Assembly (NCBI GenBank): GCA_040954595.2 | Contig: CM082581.2 | Coordinates: 5,076,699 to 5,140,698 of the forward strand | Source: Balanoglossus misakiensis | Lineage: Eukaryota > Animalia > Hemichordata | Direction of reading: 5' to 3' | DNA: 64,000 nucleotides | Shown here: positions 18,777 to 30,378 of the stretch, one piece after another | Numbering within the stretch: the stretch's first letter is position 1 | How the letters are laid out: each line of letters starts with the position of its first letter | Notes under the pieces: model-generated | Told to the model about the DNA's origin: nothing | What the model saw: the letters and a program-made list of their open reading frames with translations, nothing else | The model's database searches: none | Translations under genes and position numbers: made by a program

Positions 18777-18978
18777 TTTCGAAGGGATTATTGAAAGATG
18801 CAACTGTGAATGTCAAGCCGGGGGAGCTATTTCACGTTCTGTTCGCACACGCAGGTGTCATTCCCTTCCAAGGGTGGTAAATTTGACTTTGTTTTGCTTG
18901 CGAAACTTTGTCAATTTACGGCGGCTGCCATTTTGCTAACGGAATTGTGGGTAGTGACAACATGGGGCATGCGTAGTG

Positions 18979-18992
18979 GTTGCTATGGCAGC
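18979..18992. promoter_or_regulatory. Candidate RFX X-box upstream of PACRGL (second candidate at 19380-19393)
   Basis: GTTGCTATGGCAGC (reverse complement GCTGCCATAGCAAC), ~200 bp upstream of the ATG; also GTTGCGATGGCAGC at 19380. X-boxes are typical of ciliary gene promoters. Confidence 0.5.
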
Positions 18993-19335
18993 GGGTCGAT
19001 GTTCACGAAGTTGAAAACCAGCATATCTCTCTTCCCAGGCACAGATACTGCAGGAAAACTGCGAAGTTATAATTTTCTGTGAATGTGATGTACACAGTTT
19101 CTCTCGAGCACACCACAGAGCCAGCGTAACATTGCGTGACGGAATCGCGCAGCCAAAAGCCCGGCCTCCAGCTTCCCGATCTGTATTTCTGCAACGGCAG
19201 CAAAAATCATATAAATATTAGGTAAAAATTATAAATTGGCGATTGAACTGGCCAAAGTGACTTGTAGTAATATGCAAACAAAAGAATGGGACGGAACTAG
19301 CAATGCCGAAAGCAAATCATTTAACAAAAAAGTTT

Positions 19336-19361
19336 TGTGTGTGTGTGTGTGTGTGTGTGTG
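19336..19361. repeat. (GT)n microsatellite
   Basis: Run of about 13 TG units. Confidence 0.9.
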
Positions 19362-19521
19362 CTTGTATTCAGCAAAAGTGTTGCGATGGCAGCCTAGGCT
19401 ACTTCGGAAAGTTGGGACTGAAACCAGGTTTAGAAAGGCGGGAAATAAAAAAAATAATAAGTGAAACTTGTTAACAGCACTGTCTTGTAGACTCGGTTAT
19501 CACCACCTAACTTTTATTGGG

Positions 19522-19568
19522 AAAAAAAAGTTGGAACGCTTCACGAATTTGCGTGTCATCCTTGCTGC
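19522..19568 (-). ncRNA. RNU6: U6 snRNA gene, 3' half (interrupted)
   Basis: Minus strand reads GCAGCAAGGATGACACGCAAATTCGTGAAGCGTTCCAACTTTTTTTT, matching U6 nt ~67-106 followed by a Pol III oligo-T terminator. Confidence 0.97.
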
Positions 19569-19594
19569 CTGTGTTCGCCCAAAGTTCTCTGTGA

Positions 19595-19662
19595 AATTGG
19601 AACGAAATTGGAACGGCTCTAGCCAATCACAGCTAGGCACTCGTTCCAATTTCGTTCCAATT
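19595..19662. repeat. Perfect 21-bp inverted repeat at the transposon left end (copy 2: 28918-28985)
   Basis: AATTGGAACGAAATTGGAACG ... CGTTCCAATTTCGTTCCAATT with a 26-nt spacer containing CTAGC/GCTAG and a CCAAT box. Confidence 0.95.
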
Positions 19663-20496
19663 CTTTTGGATGCTCAGCCAATCAGCGCCCGTTGTTAGGA
19701 CGCTGAATACGCTGAATCTTGGAGACCTAAAATTGGAACACGGCCGCCATTGTTATTCCTTCACAAGCGATGAAAGAGGTAAGTTCGATTATGAATCTCT
19801 CCGTCATTTTTGCGAAAATAACAATTTAAACCAGGTAGAAATGTTCCTTTTGGGTTGGAAATGGTTGCCCCATGCTGGGATCGCAGAGGTTTTATGTCTG
19901 AAAAACGAAAACGGGAGGTGAAAAACAGCGTGTGTGTGGAACTTGTCCATTGTAATCTACGGTAAAGCTGACCGCTGGCTAATTTTTGAAGAATATTACT
20001 GAAAAAAATGAATGAATATGTTTCCGATAGTGTCCTTGTCTGTAACAGTTTTACGGGCGTGGAGTTAGGGCTGTGATCTTGTTCAGATGGTACGTTCACG
20101 TACGATAAAATTAACGCTGGTGTTGGCCCATGCATTGTTGACATGATAACTTGCTAGCATGTGTACACAGCCTGCCATTGGTCCAAAGTTTGATCAGAGT
20201 AGTACTTATCTTTGATTAGTATGCATGTACTTTTGTGGCTAACATAAGCTATTTTGTGAAAGACTGTAGTGTTTTTGCATGTGTGAAAGCAACTTAATTA
20301 GGGTCGATCAACGCCATTGTCTCCTTTGTCAGACAGGCAGGTAAGTAAACAAACGCATTGTCACTCGAGAGACAACAGGAGGTGACTGTTAGGGGCTAAC
20401 AAGTAGAGATCTAAATAATTTTACCCATTCTGCCTGCATTTTGTGCTTCGTAAATGAGGCAGAGAATGTTTTTCTACTCAGAGAAATGTGTGTACC

Positions 20497-20581
20497 GGCG
20501 TGGCGTGGGGTGCGCGTGGCGTGGCGTGGGTGCGCGTGGCGTGGCGTGGGTACGCGTGGCGTCGCGTGGGGTGACGCGTGG
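20497..20581 (+). repeat. (GCGTG)-based GC-rich short tandem array inside the transposon (copy 2: 29820-29904)
   Basis: ggcgtggcgtggggtgcgcgtggcgtggcgtgggtgcgcgtgg... within an otherwise AT-rich region. Confidence 0.85.
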
Positions 20582-21055
20582 CCGCCATTGTTTACTAAAT
20601 TTGAGACGTCAAATGATACAATTTTTGTTCTTTGTGATCGTAGTACCAATACAGCCCCACAATAAGAAAAAATACTTGTAGTATATTGTGTGCTTGCTCA
20701 TCGTTGAAACATATAGTTGAACCATCTGAATTATTTTACTGATAGTGTTTTTTTTTCTCCCTCTCTCCAAAGTCATTTTCCAGTCTATTCTATTATAACG
20801 ATTCAAGTGATTCTCTCAGGTATGTTAATTCAATTAGTATCAAAGTATTTATGCATGTGTAATTTTGATGATTTCAAAAAATTACTCAAAGTCAGCCTGA
20901 TACCTTTGTAGTGTGCATATTTTTCTTGAGTCAACCAGTGATTTTGTACAGTCAGTGGCTCACTGTATATGTTAGTAAACAATATGCAATTCATGTTAAC
21001 ATGGGTGTTGTTTTTATTCATTGTGCGTTCAACACTTTTGTTTTTATTTACAGAG

Positions 21056-24000
21056 ATGGCAGCCAAGCCCAATTTTCCGAGGATGTCCAGTGGCACCTTG
21101 AAGCTGGCTTACAGTGACGAGGCCAAACGGATATCCTCGGAACAACGTCAAACTGTTCCATGCCAGTCCCCTGCCGAAGTGCTGAAGTGTGCAACTAATG
21201 ACGTTAAGCGTAGTGGTGGTGACTGGAAAAATGGGTTGGTGGTGCTTGGGCAGCATAAACTGCAGTTCGGACTGTTCCAGGGGCAGACATTCAGGTGGAT
21301 GCTTGAGAATTGCCTGGGGTATGCCGGATGGTTGGTGGACAAAGTGAGGACTGAGAAGCCAACAAATTCCCCTCTCAGCATCAATAAGTTCAAGTTCAAA
21401 TTGTATCTTGAGTCTTTTGATGAGGGGAAGGAACTTGTGGCCCTCAAAGCCAAGGAACGTCTGTCCAAGACCCAACCTCGGCTACCTCCCGCCAGGCAGT
21501 CTGCATGCCGGGCAGTCCGAGTGAAGCAGGAGACTGCACCTAGAACACCACGCCTGCAACAGACTCTCGGTTCCGCCTCACCACCCTCGCAACCTACTGA
21601 AGTTGCACAAAGCACTCATGACGTGGGGGATATGGAAATGCTGGCTGCTATTGAGAGCTTTGAAGCAAGCCAGAGTGTGTCACAAGGTAAGTAACGTTAT
21701 TTATTTATTTAATGATGTATTGTTTTCTGCATTGTATGAAATACTATATGCATGATATCCATAATAGTGCCATGGACAGCTATGAAATCACAATTGCATA
21801 ACAGTAATGACAATATCTGTAATACAAGTGCATATGCCCAGCTGTACAGTAACATTTTTGTGATGTTAATGGTCTTTTTTCTTTGTTTTTTTTTTAGAGC
21901 CGACCGTTGATCGACCTGCGACTGCTACTGCAGTCCAGGCAACATCAGCAACTGTGCCTCCTGTGACAACTGCTGTTGTCACCGATGCCAGCGCTGTGCG
22001 TGTTGAAGCTCGTGTGGCTGTTGCTGCACGTAGTGGATCACCCCGCAGTGCTGATACTGCATTAATGCTTCGTGTCACTGGTATGTACTTTTTTTCACAG
22101 ACAGCAGAATGTATACAGCATTTGTGAATTCTGAATTTTTTATGTAAATGTATTGCTGTAGTCAATCACTCATCAAACCCGGTTTACACCTGTTTCCATA
22201 TAAATATTGGTCATGATAGTTTTTAATTGCAGGAATACACACACATACCCACACTCAAACACACACATAATTTATTAACATTTGCTTTCTGTTTTATTTT
22301 TCAGATTCAGATCTTGTCCTGCCTGATGGCTGGAAGCAGACCTTACCGAAAGCAGACCATCAGTGGATTTCCAAGGCTCTCTTCAAGACATCGAAGAAGG
22401 GGAAGGCAGAAGTCGATTGGGCACGTGTTGATCGGCTTTGGTGGTTTCCTCCACAACCGTCTCTGGTTTGCAGCCAACCACCAAAGCCCGATCGATATTT
22501 TGCTCAGCGATTGCTGCTTTGGATGCCGAGAAAGCTGTGGCAAGTTCGTCTTGTCTGCCCGCAGTCTGACTGTCAGTGTGAGCTCACCTCTGCAGGCATC
22601 TACCAGCGGGTTCGCCAAGTCCTGGATGTCGATGGCTTCTATAGTCTGGCTGCCGAGTATCTTGAGTGCCGCTCGTGCAAGAAGAAGTTCATCAGCTGGA
22701 GTGGTGTCATCACCAGACAGCTTGACATCGGGCATCGCTTGCAGTTCCCTGTCCTGCTCACGTATAGGTACGCCTGTGATATTCGTGTTATCAGGCTCTT
22801 GCGTCAGCGTGGATTGGGGAATAGTGCAAGTCAGCTGCGCCAAAAGATCAACGAGCAACACAGCGAGGCCTGGCTGCAGAGGACCGCTCACTTTCTGACT
22901 GACTGCGAGGGCTTTCTCGGTTCTCACGAGAGAAGGCTTGTAAGAAGGCCTTCTTTCGCGGAACCCCCTGCCTTGTTGCCAATTCCATCATACAAGTGGT
23001 TTCAGCTTGTATATTGCAACGAAGTCCTGTTGCGATTAGGTGAGGTCAAGGCTTCCATTACTTCAGTGTTCGGCAAGATCCTGAAAATGGATTCGACGAA
23101 AAAGGTATGTTATGCCCACACACCCAAACTTTTGTGAGAAAATTGGCCAGATGCACATGTATGAATGTATTCACCAAGTTGTAACATTAACCAAGTGAAT
23201 TTGACCTGATTAACAAAATAAGACCAGTATTTAACTTTGTTTTTCTTTTATTCACAGGTTGTTCGGAAACTATCTGGTCCCAGTCAGGGTACAGCCGCCT
23301 GGGCTACCAATGTCGGAAACGAGATTGGTCAAGTGCTGATCTCTGTGCTGACTGCAGCAGAGGGACGTGGCATTGGGCCTATGGTGGAGGGTATTATCCT
23401 AAGATACCGTAGTGCCAATGTGCCACCCCCTCAATTGTTGTATGTTGACAGAGACTGCTGCGGTGTGCTTACCCAGCTGAGGGTCATGTTTGCCGAATGG
23501 CCGGACCTAAAGATTCGACTGGACATCTGGCATTTCATGCGCCGCATCGCTGCTGGTTGCACCACCGAGTCTCACCAGTTATACGGTACTTTTCTGCGAA
23601 GATTGTCTTCCTGCATCTTCGAGTGGAGTCGGGAGGACCTGGATTTGCTGAAGGCCGCCAAGAGAGCAGAGATGGTCACTCATGGTATCACCAGAGCCTC
23701 TGATGATGACATTATGCAGCAGCTCTCCAAGAGAGAGCTTGCACAGCATTGTCGTCGCAGGACGAGGGGTGTAGAGGAGACCGGAGCTCTCATTGTTAGG
23801 TTATTGGAGGCCTTCAGCGGCGTGCAGGGACGAGACACTCTGGGTGTCCCATTACTAGATACTGATCGAATTTGGGACATCTGGAATTCCCAGAAGAAGC
23901 ACGTTGAATGCATCCAGGATCCGCCTGGCGTCCAACTGTATACCAAGACTGGTGAGGTTACAAAAGGTGGTGTCCAGCTGCCGGTATACAGATGTGCCAG

Positions 24001-26562
24001 AGGCTCGACGTCTTTAGAGTCATTCCATCGTCATTTGAACCAGTTCATTCCAGGTAAGCTAGTAGCTGTCACTCTAAATGTTATTGTGCCATAAAATTGT
24101 AATTTTACATTTGTGTTATTTTTATTTATACATGAAATGGTAACAAAGATTTTATTTTGTTATAGGTTGTAGACAACACACTGTCAAATTGATTATTATT
24201 TGGATTGGAGGTTTTTACAATATATTCTGACATTTTAGTTTGTCATACAGGTTTCACTTGGACTGCTGGGTCTGCCTGGGTTTTATCCATACTTGATGGT
24301 TTGTTGTGTGAACCCTGCACTATTGTGTTGAATCTGATATTCACACACAAGATTATTATTATTTATTTATTTTTGGTGACTTGGGGATAAGGTTTTGCAA
24401 TTTTGGTAGTGTGTATTATTGTATTTGTAGTGTACAAATAGAATGGTGTTGTTGCTTGGTCAATTTCTGGTGAAGGGGTTTTCTATTTTACATGGAAATT
24501 GTTCTTATATTTGTTTTCATTCACTATTCACAGGTTCAACGGCCAGTGACCTGCATTTCCAGGTGTACCTACTGGAAGGTGTGGTTCGTTGGAATGAAGA
24601 CAGGGCAGCTTCTGCTGTTACTGACAGACCTCCTGAACCACATTCCTACAGTGGTATATTGAGACATGCGGTCAACCAGCTCAGCACCAGAGTCCTTGGG
24701 AAGGAGTTCAACCCTTCCTATCATGCACCACGGCAGTACACAGGTGAGCTGATTGGTGTGGAGTATCTCTTCCAACAGACTGGGGAGGTCCTGCAGGATC
24801 TGACGGTGGACCCAGATAGTGCTGATGCAGCCAGTCTGGAACCCACTGATGAAGATCAGGGTGAGGAACCCAGGCAAGTTGACCTCGTCAACTTGTTTCA
24901 GGACCCCACAGTCTACCCGGAAGAACTCCCGACCCAAGTAAGCTTGCCTGAGGAACCCATGGACATGTCATCGGATGATGATGGTGCGGCTGCTCCAACA
25001 CCGGAAGTTGAACATAGTCTTGAACTGCCACAGGAAGGTGAGTACATGTACTTCAAGCATTCAATGTTATACCCACATATATAGTTTATTTATTTACAAA
25101 ACTGAACCACAGATGACACTGTTTTAATGCTATTTTTCTGTTCATTTTGTTGACAGTTGTGGAGAGACCTCGGTCTCCTGCAGCACCTGTTGCGACCAGT
25201 TCAAGTCCTGTCGATGTCTCTGATAACAAAAACATCCCGCCTGTGGATAACCCTGATGTAAGTATTCCCTATAAGAAAGAAAAGACAGTAAAATATTTAA
25301 GTGTTGTCGCTTGTATCCAGTGCTCCCATTTTGCTACTATTACTATCGATAATCTTTTTTTGTTTGTTTTCTTTTTCCTTTTGTAGGAGTCTGTTGGTCC
25401 TGACAATATTTCCGGCTATGGGCAAGTGGAGGCTTTGGCCGAGTTCCTGCTGCAGTTTGCAGAGGTCACTGCGCCTCTGACTAATGCACAGGCGGCCAAG
25501 GTCATTTCTCTGTGGAACAATCTACACGAGTATGACCAGAGGCCGACACAATTTGCCCAACGTCACAGGACAAGACTTACCAAGGGGAGATTCAAGGCGT
25601 CCAAGTCAACAACAGTTGTGGCGGGCGTAGACAGCACGAAGCGGAGCTTTCTGGGGCAGAACGCCGGGCCTGCCCAGTGGCCAGACTGCAACCGCTACGT
25701 GGAGTGCCTGGTCGGGAAGCTGTGTAGCCGTTACCCAACAGCGAGGCAGACTGGTGGACGAAGGACTTTGCGATGGACTCTGGTGTGTCGGGCCTATAAG
25801 AACATTAGGGAGAAGGTGCTGGACAATGCCACAGTTATGCGATCGACATCTTTGCAGCTTGTTGAGATCAACCAAGTGACACTCACGCAGTGGTACAACA
25901 AGCGTGAGAAGACTCACGAAAAGCGAGTCTTGGAGCAAGGAGTGGCATTGCCAGCACCTTCCCCCTCTGCGTCTGTAGCCCTACCAGAGGCCAACGTAAA
26001 GCCGGACTCATTGCCAGTGGCAGAGGTGGCTCAACCATTCGTGTTTGAGCTGCCAGCCAACACAGCCGGCCAGGCAACGCTAAGGAGATCTGTGTCGCCA
26101 CAGCTACTTGTACAACTACAACTACCGCAGCCATCAACATCAGGTATGACTATTCCCCCTCCAGCAGCCCAGCAGCAGCAGCCTCTTGTTTCCGCCCAGC
26201 TTCTGCCCTCTCCATCTGAGCCTCCATCTGAGCCTCCATTTGTGGTATGGGCAGTCCCACCGGTGCAGCCCGCCGGCCAAGAGGTACCACGAAGTACTCA
26301 ATGGTACAGGCGACGGAAGGAGAGGCAAGAAGCTGCCGGTGATGTGACAAGGAGGGGCAGTTACAGGAGACGGACTGGTGTCACCACGTGCAGCAAGTGT
26401 CAACAGCCGAGGGACGGGGGCCACAGGCAGTACTTTGGCAACTGGTACTGCCCAAACACCTGTGGCCTGTCATATGATGCGTGGAGGGCCCAGATGGCAG
26501 AAAAGGGTTACACCAGCCGAAAGAGGAAGAAGGAGGAGGGGGAGGACGACGACGACCACTAA
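21056..26562 (+). CDS. Dada-family DDE transposase, ~1,396 aa, 7 coding exons (copy 1)
   Basis: Exons 21056-21686, 21898-22080, 22305-23104, 23258-24053, 24534-25037, 25157-25257, 25387-26562 (4,191 nt, phases compatible, no stops). QFGLFQGQTFRWMLEN; Cys cluster CPQSDC..ECRSC; putative catalytic residues in LKMDSTKK, LYVDRDCC, DIWH (DxxH) and RGSTSLESFH; C-terminal CSKC..H..WYCP and a basic NLS-like RKRKK. Confidence 0.9.
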
Positions 26563-26588
26563 TCTTGACTTTTTTTATTTCAGCATTT

Positions 26589-27502
26589 CTCTCCAATGAT
26601 GGCTGTCACGCTTCTGGAGTCTGAGTAACAGCAGCCAAAGCCACATTGGTACATTTGTGCAAACAGTTAAAGGCCAGTGGTCTGATACTGTTGTCTTGTT
26701 GTGTGTACATGTTTTTCTTTCAGTGTGTCTCTCCAATGATGGCTGTCACGCTTCTGGAGTCCGAGTAACAGCAGCCAAAGCCACATTGGTACATTTGTGC
26801 AAACAGTTAAAGGCCAGTGGTCTGATACTGTTGTCTTGTTGTGTGTACATGTTTTTCTTTCAGTGTGTCTCTCCAATGATGGCTGTCACGCTTCTGGAGT
26901 CCGAGTAACAGCAGCCAAAGCCACATTGGTACATTTGTGTAAACAGTTAAAGGCCAGTGGTCTGATACTGTTGTCTTAATTGTTGTGTGTACATGTTTTT
27001 CTTTCAGTGTGTCTCTCCAATGATGGCTGTCACGCTTCTGGAGTCCGAGTAACAGCAGCCAAAGCCACATTGGTACATTTGTGCAAACAGTTAAAGGCCA
27101 GTGGTCTGATACTGTTGTCTTGTTGTGTGTACATGTTTTTCTTTCAGTGTGTCTCTCCAATGATGGCTGTCACGCTTCTGGAGTCCGAGTAACAGCAGCC
27201 AAAGCCACATTGGTACATTTGTGTAAACAGTTAAAGGCCAGTGGTCTGATACTGTTGTCTTAATTGTTGTGTGTACATGTTTTTCTTTCAGTGTGTCTCT
27301 CCAATGATGGCTGTCACGCTTCTGGAGTCTGAGTAACAGCAGCCAAAGCCACATTGGTACATTTGTGCAAACAGTTAAAGGCCAGTGGTCTGATACTGTT
27401 GTCTTGTTGTGTGTACATGTTTTTCTTTCAGTGTGTCTCTCCAATGATGGCTGTCACGCTTCTGGAGTCCGAGTAACAGCAGCCAAAGCCTCATTGGTAC
27501 AT
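26589..27502 (+). repeat. 140/144-bp minisatellite, ~6.5 units, just downstream of the transposase stop (copy 2: ~35912-36825)
   Basis: CTCCAATGATGG recurs at 26591, 26731, 26871, 27015, 27155, 27299 and 27439 (periods 140,140,144,140,144,140); the 144-bp units carry an extra AATT. Confidence 0.97.
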
Positions 27503-27699
27503 AATTTTATGTTAGTTCCTTCCAGAACAAGGCTATTAGTGTGACCTCTGACACAGCATTGGAACAATACCAGGCTGAAGGTCATTGTCAGGTCAGGTCA
27601 CACAAACAGCCTAAAATTAAGTCACTATCACTATTTTTGTATGTGTCAGTGAGTGAATGTGCATTTGGAATGATCGTTGGGAGTGAGTGGACAAAACAA

Positions 27700-27772
27700 A
27701 TCCCCATGGTGTAATGGCTAACACACTTATCACTTTGTGATAAGGGATCCAGGTTCGATTCCTGGTGGGGGT
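27700..27772 (+). ncRNA. tRNA-like element (tRNA-Gln-like body, aberrant anticodon arm) inside transposon copy 1
   Basis: ATCCCCA-TG-GTGT AATGGCTA ACAC-A-CTTATCAC TTT GTGATAAG-GGAT-CCAGG TTCGATT CCTGG-TGGGGGT: acceptor, D and T stems pair; A-box and B-box present; anticodon arm is an 8-bp stem with a 3-nt loop. Confidence 0.8.
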
Positions 27773-28343
27773 TATAAAAAAAGAGTCCTCTTCTCCTGTG
27801 TGTTCAGCATGTATGAACGGATGGATGGATGGATGGATGGGTGGGTGAATAAATAAATAAAAGAATGTAATGAAACAAAGCAAGCAAGAAAAGACACAAT
27901 ACACACTCTAAATTTAATAGCCTTCTTGATAGTGCAACTGTGTCATTGTTTTACAATTTTGGGGCATTCACTGCTGATAATCTGGTTAACATAAATATAC
28001 AAGCAAAAATCAACAGCACTGGGTCAAACATACATACAGTCTTACTTAAACATATACAAATTACAAATAAATTACAACTTGATGCTTTACACATACAAAT
28101 TGGCCAAACTTGATGCACTGAAACTTAGATCAGGCTGGGTATACCCAGGCCAAGTTCAGATGGCCTTGAGTTGCTATGGTTACCAGTTAGCGCCCTCAAC
28201 AGTCGACATTTTTTGAGGCATTTGTTTTTAGGCAGGAAAATACTGACATCCTCGCTTCAAGGAAAACACTTGTTGAATCAAATTTTGAGCAAATTTGTTG
28301 GCAACAGTTGACTTAAGAGGGTCATTGGTGCACATTTTAAATA

Positions 28344-28416
28344 ATCCCCACCAGGATTTGAACCCAGATCTCTTACCACAAGTGATAAGCGTGATAAACC
28401 GTTACACCATAGGGAT
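28344..28416 (-). ncRNA. Second tRNA-like element, convergent with the first, inside transposon copy 1
   Basis: Minus strand ATCCCTA-TG-GTGTAACGGTTTATCAC-G-CTTATCAC TT GTGGTAAG-AGAT-CTGGG TTCAAAT CCTGG-TGGGGAT; same fold and Pol III boxes as the first. Confidence 0.78.
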
Positions 28417-30378
28417 GTCATTTGTTGTCTGCGCACCAAATCTCCAATAACCACCAATTTGTACCGGAAAAACTTTTCGGACCCTAGTTCAGGCACAGTA
28501 GTCTAAGGTTTGGGGTAAATATGGCCGAAAAAATCAGCATTTACAACACTTTTCTGTCACGTGCCTTTTCCCGTCCGTATACCAGTCTAAACACGTCGGA
28601 TCCCTTTCCCGGTGCATGGATTAAATTTCAGTGCCAATTTGGCAAATTTTGGGGGCAAAAAGCGCGGAAATATGAAATTTATGAACAAATTATTTTCTGC
28701 AAAATTAATAAACGAGCCAACGGCCGCGCGTTGTGCCCCCTAGGCGACGCTCTTCGGGGCCTGGCAGAACCGGGCGGCAAAAAAATGGCAAAAATCGGCC
28801 GAAATCCGCCCAAAACCGCCTATTTTCGTCCGGCCTGCGGGCCTACTTTTGGAACGGGCCAACAGAGAAGATTGTTCCATGTTTTTGCTGCCTGTGTTCG
28901 CCCAAAGTTCTCTGTGAAATTGGAACGAAATTGGAACGGCTCTAGCCAATCACAGCTAGGCACTCGTTCCAATTTCGTTCCAATTCTTTTGGATGCTCAG
29001 CCAATCAGCGCCCGTTGTTAGGACGCTGAATACGCTGAATCTTGGAGACCTAAAATTGGAACACGGCCGCCATTGTTATTCCTTCACAAGCGATGAAAGA
29101 GGTAAGTTCGATTATGAATCTCTCCGTCATTTTTGCGAAAATAACAATTTAAACCAGGTAGAAATGTTCCTTTTGGGTTGGAAATGGTTGCCCCATGCTG
29201 GGATCGCAGAGGTTTTATGTCTGAAAAACGAAAACGGGAGGTGAAAAACAGCGTGTGTGTGGAACTTGTCCATTGTAATCTACGGTAAAGCTGACCGCTG
29301 GCTAATTTTTGAAGAATATTACTGAAAAAAATGAATGAATATGTTTCCGATAGTGTCCTTGTCTGTAACAGTTTTACGGGCGTGGAGTTAGGGCTGTGAT
29401 CTTGTTCAGATGGTACGTTCACGTACGATAAAATTAACGCTGGTGTTGGCCCATGCATTGTTGACATGATAACTTGCTAGCATGTGTACACAGCCTGCCA
29501 TTGGTCCAAAGTTTGATCAGAGTAGTACTTATCTTTGATTAGTATGCATGTACTTTTGTGGCTAACATAAGCTATTTTGTGAAAGACTGTAGTGTTTTTG
29601 CATGTGTGAAAGCAACTTAATTAGGGTCGATCAACGCCATTGTCTCCTTTGTCAGACAGGCAGGTAAGTAAACAAACGCATTGTCACTCGAGAGACAACA
29701 GGAGGTGACTGTTAGGGGCTAACAAGTAGAGATCTAAATAATTTTACCCATTCTGCCTGCATTTTGTGCTTCGTAAATGAGGCAGAGAATGTTTTTCTAC
29801 TCAGAGAAATGTGTGTACCGGCGTGGCGTGGGGTGCGCGTGGCGTGGCGTGGGTGCGCGTGGCGTGGCGTGGGTACGCGTGGCGTCGCGTGGGGTGACGC
29901 GTGGCCGCCATTGTTTACTAAATTTGAGACGTCAAATGATACAATTTTTGTTCTTTGTGATCGTAGTACCAATACAGCCCCACAATAAGAAAAAATACTT
30001 GTAGTATATTGTGTGCTTGCTCATCGTTGAAACATATAGTTGAACCATCTGAATTATTTTACTGATAGTGTTTTTTTTTCTCCCTCTCTCCAAAGTCATT
30101 TTCCAGTCTATTCTATTATAACGATTCAAGTGATTCTCTCAGGTATGTTAATTCAATTAGTATCAAAGTATTTATGCATGTGTAATTTTGATGATTTCAA
30201 AAAATTACTCAAAGTCAGCCTGATACCTTTGTAGTGTGCATATTTTTCTTGAGTCAACCAGTGATTTTGTACAGTCAGTGGCTCACTGTATATGTTAGTA
30301 AACAATATGCAATTCATGTTAACATGGGTGTTGTTTTTATTCATTGTGCGTTCAACACTTTTGTTTTTATTTACAGAG

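Larger units (their letters stand above)
19569..28884 (+). mobile_element. Dada-U6-type target-specific DNA transposon, copy 1 (9,316 bp), antisense to U6
   Basis: Bounded by TTGCTGC at 19562-19568 and 28885-28891; inserted at U6 nt 65-70; no TIRs but subterminal TTCTCTGT/ACAGAGAA; encodes a Dada-type transposase. Confidence 0.92.

Noticed and set aside
21044-26596. Antisense and alternative-frame ORFs over the transposase exons
   Set aside because: Shadows of the real spliced ORF.
26589-27502. CRISPR-like array
   Set aside because: Whole 140/144-bp units repeat with no unique spacers, in a eukaryotic context without cas genes; it is a minisatellite, and the ORFs over it are repeat read-through.
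27789-27805. Trailer TCTTCTCCTGTGTGTTC resembling antisense U6 nt 34-50 as a guide RNA
   Set aside because: Needs two gaps and a mismatch over ~18 nt; cannot be distinguished from chance without conservation data.
27700-28416. Functional decoding tRNA genes (Lys-TTT or Gln-TTG)
   Set aside because: The anticodon arm lacks a 5-bp stem with 7-nt loop and canonical U33/purine-37 geometry; kept only as tRNA-like elements.
28521-29021. ORFs crossing the transposon ends (also 19468-19698 and 37844-38254)
   Set aside because: They span the junction core and change with context; no protein features.
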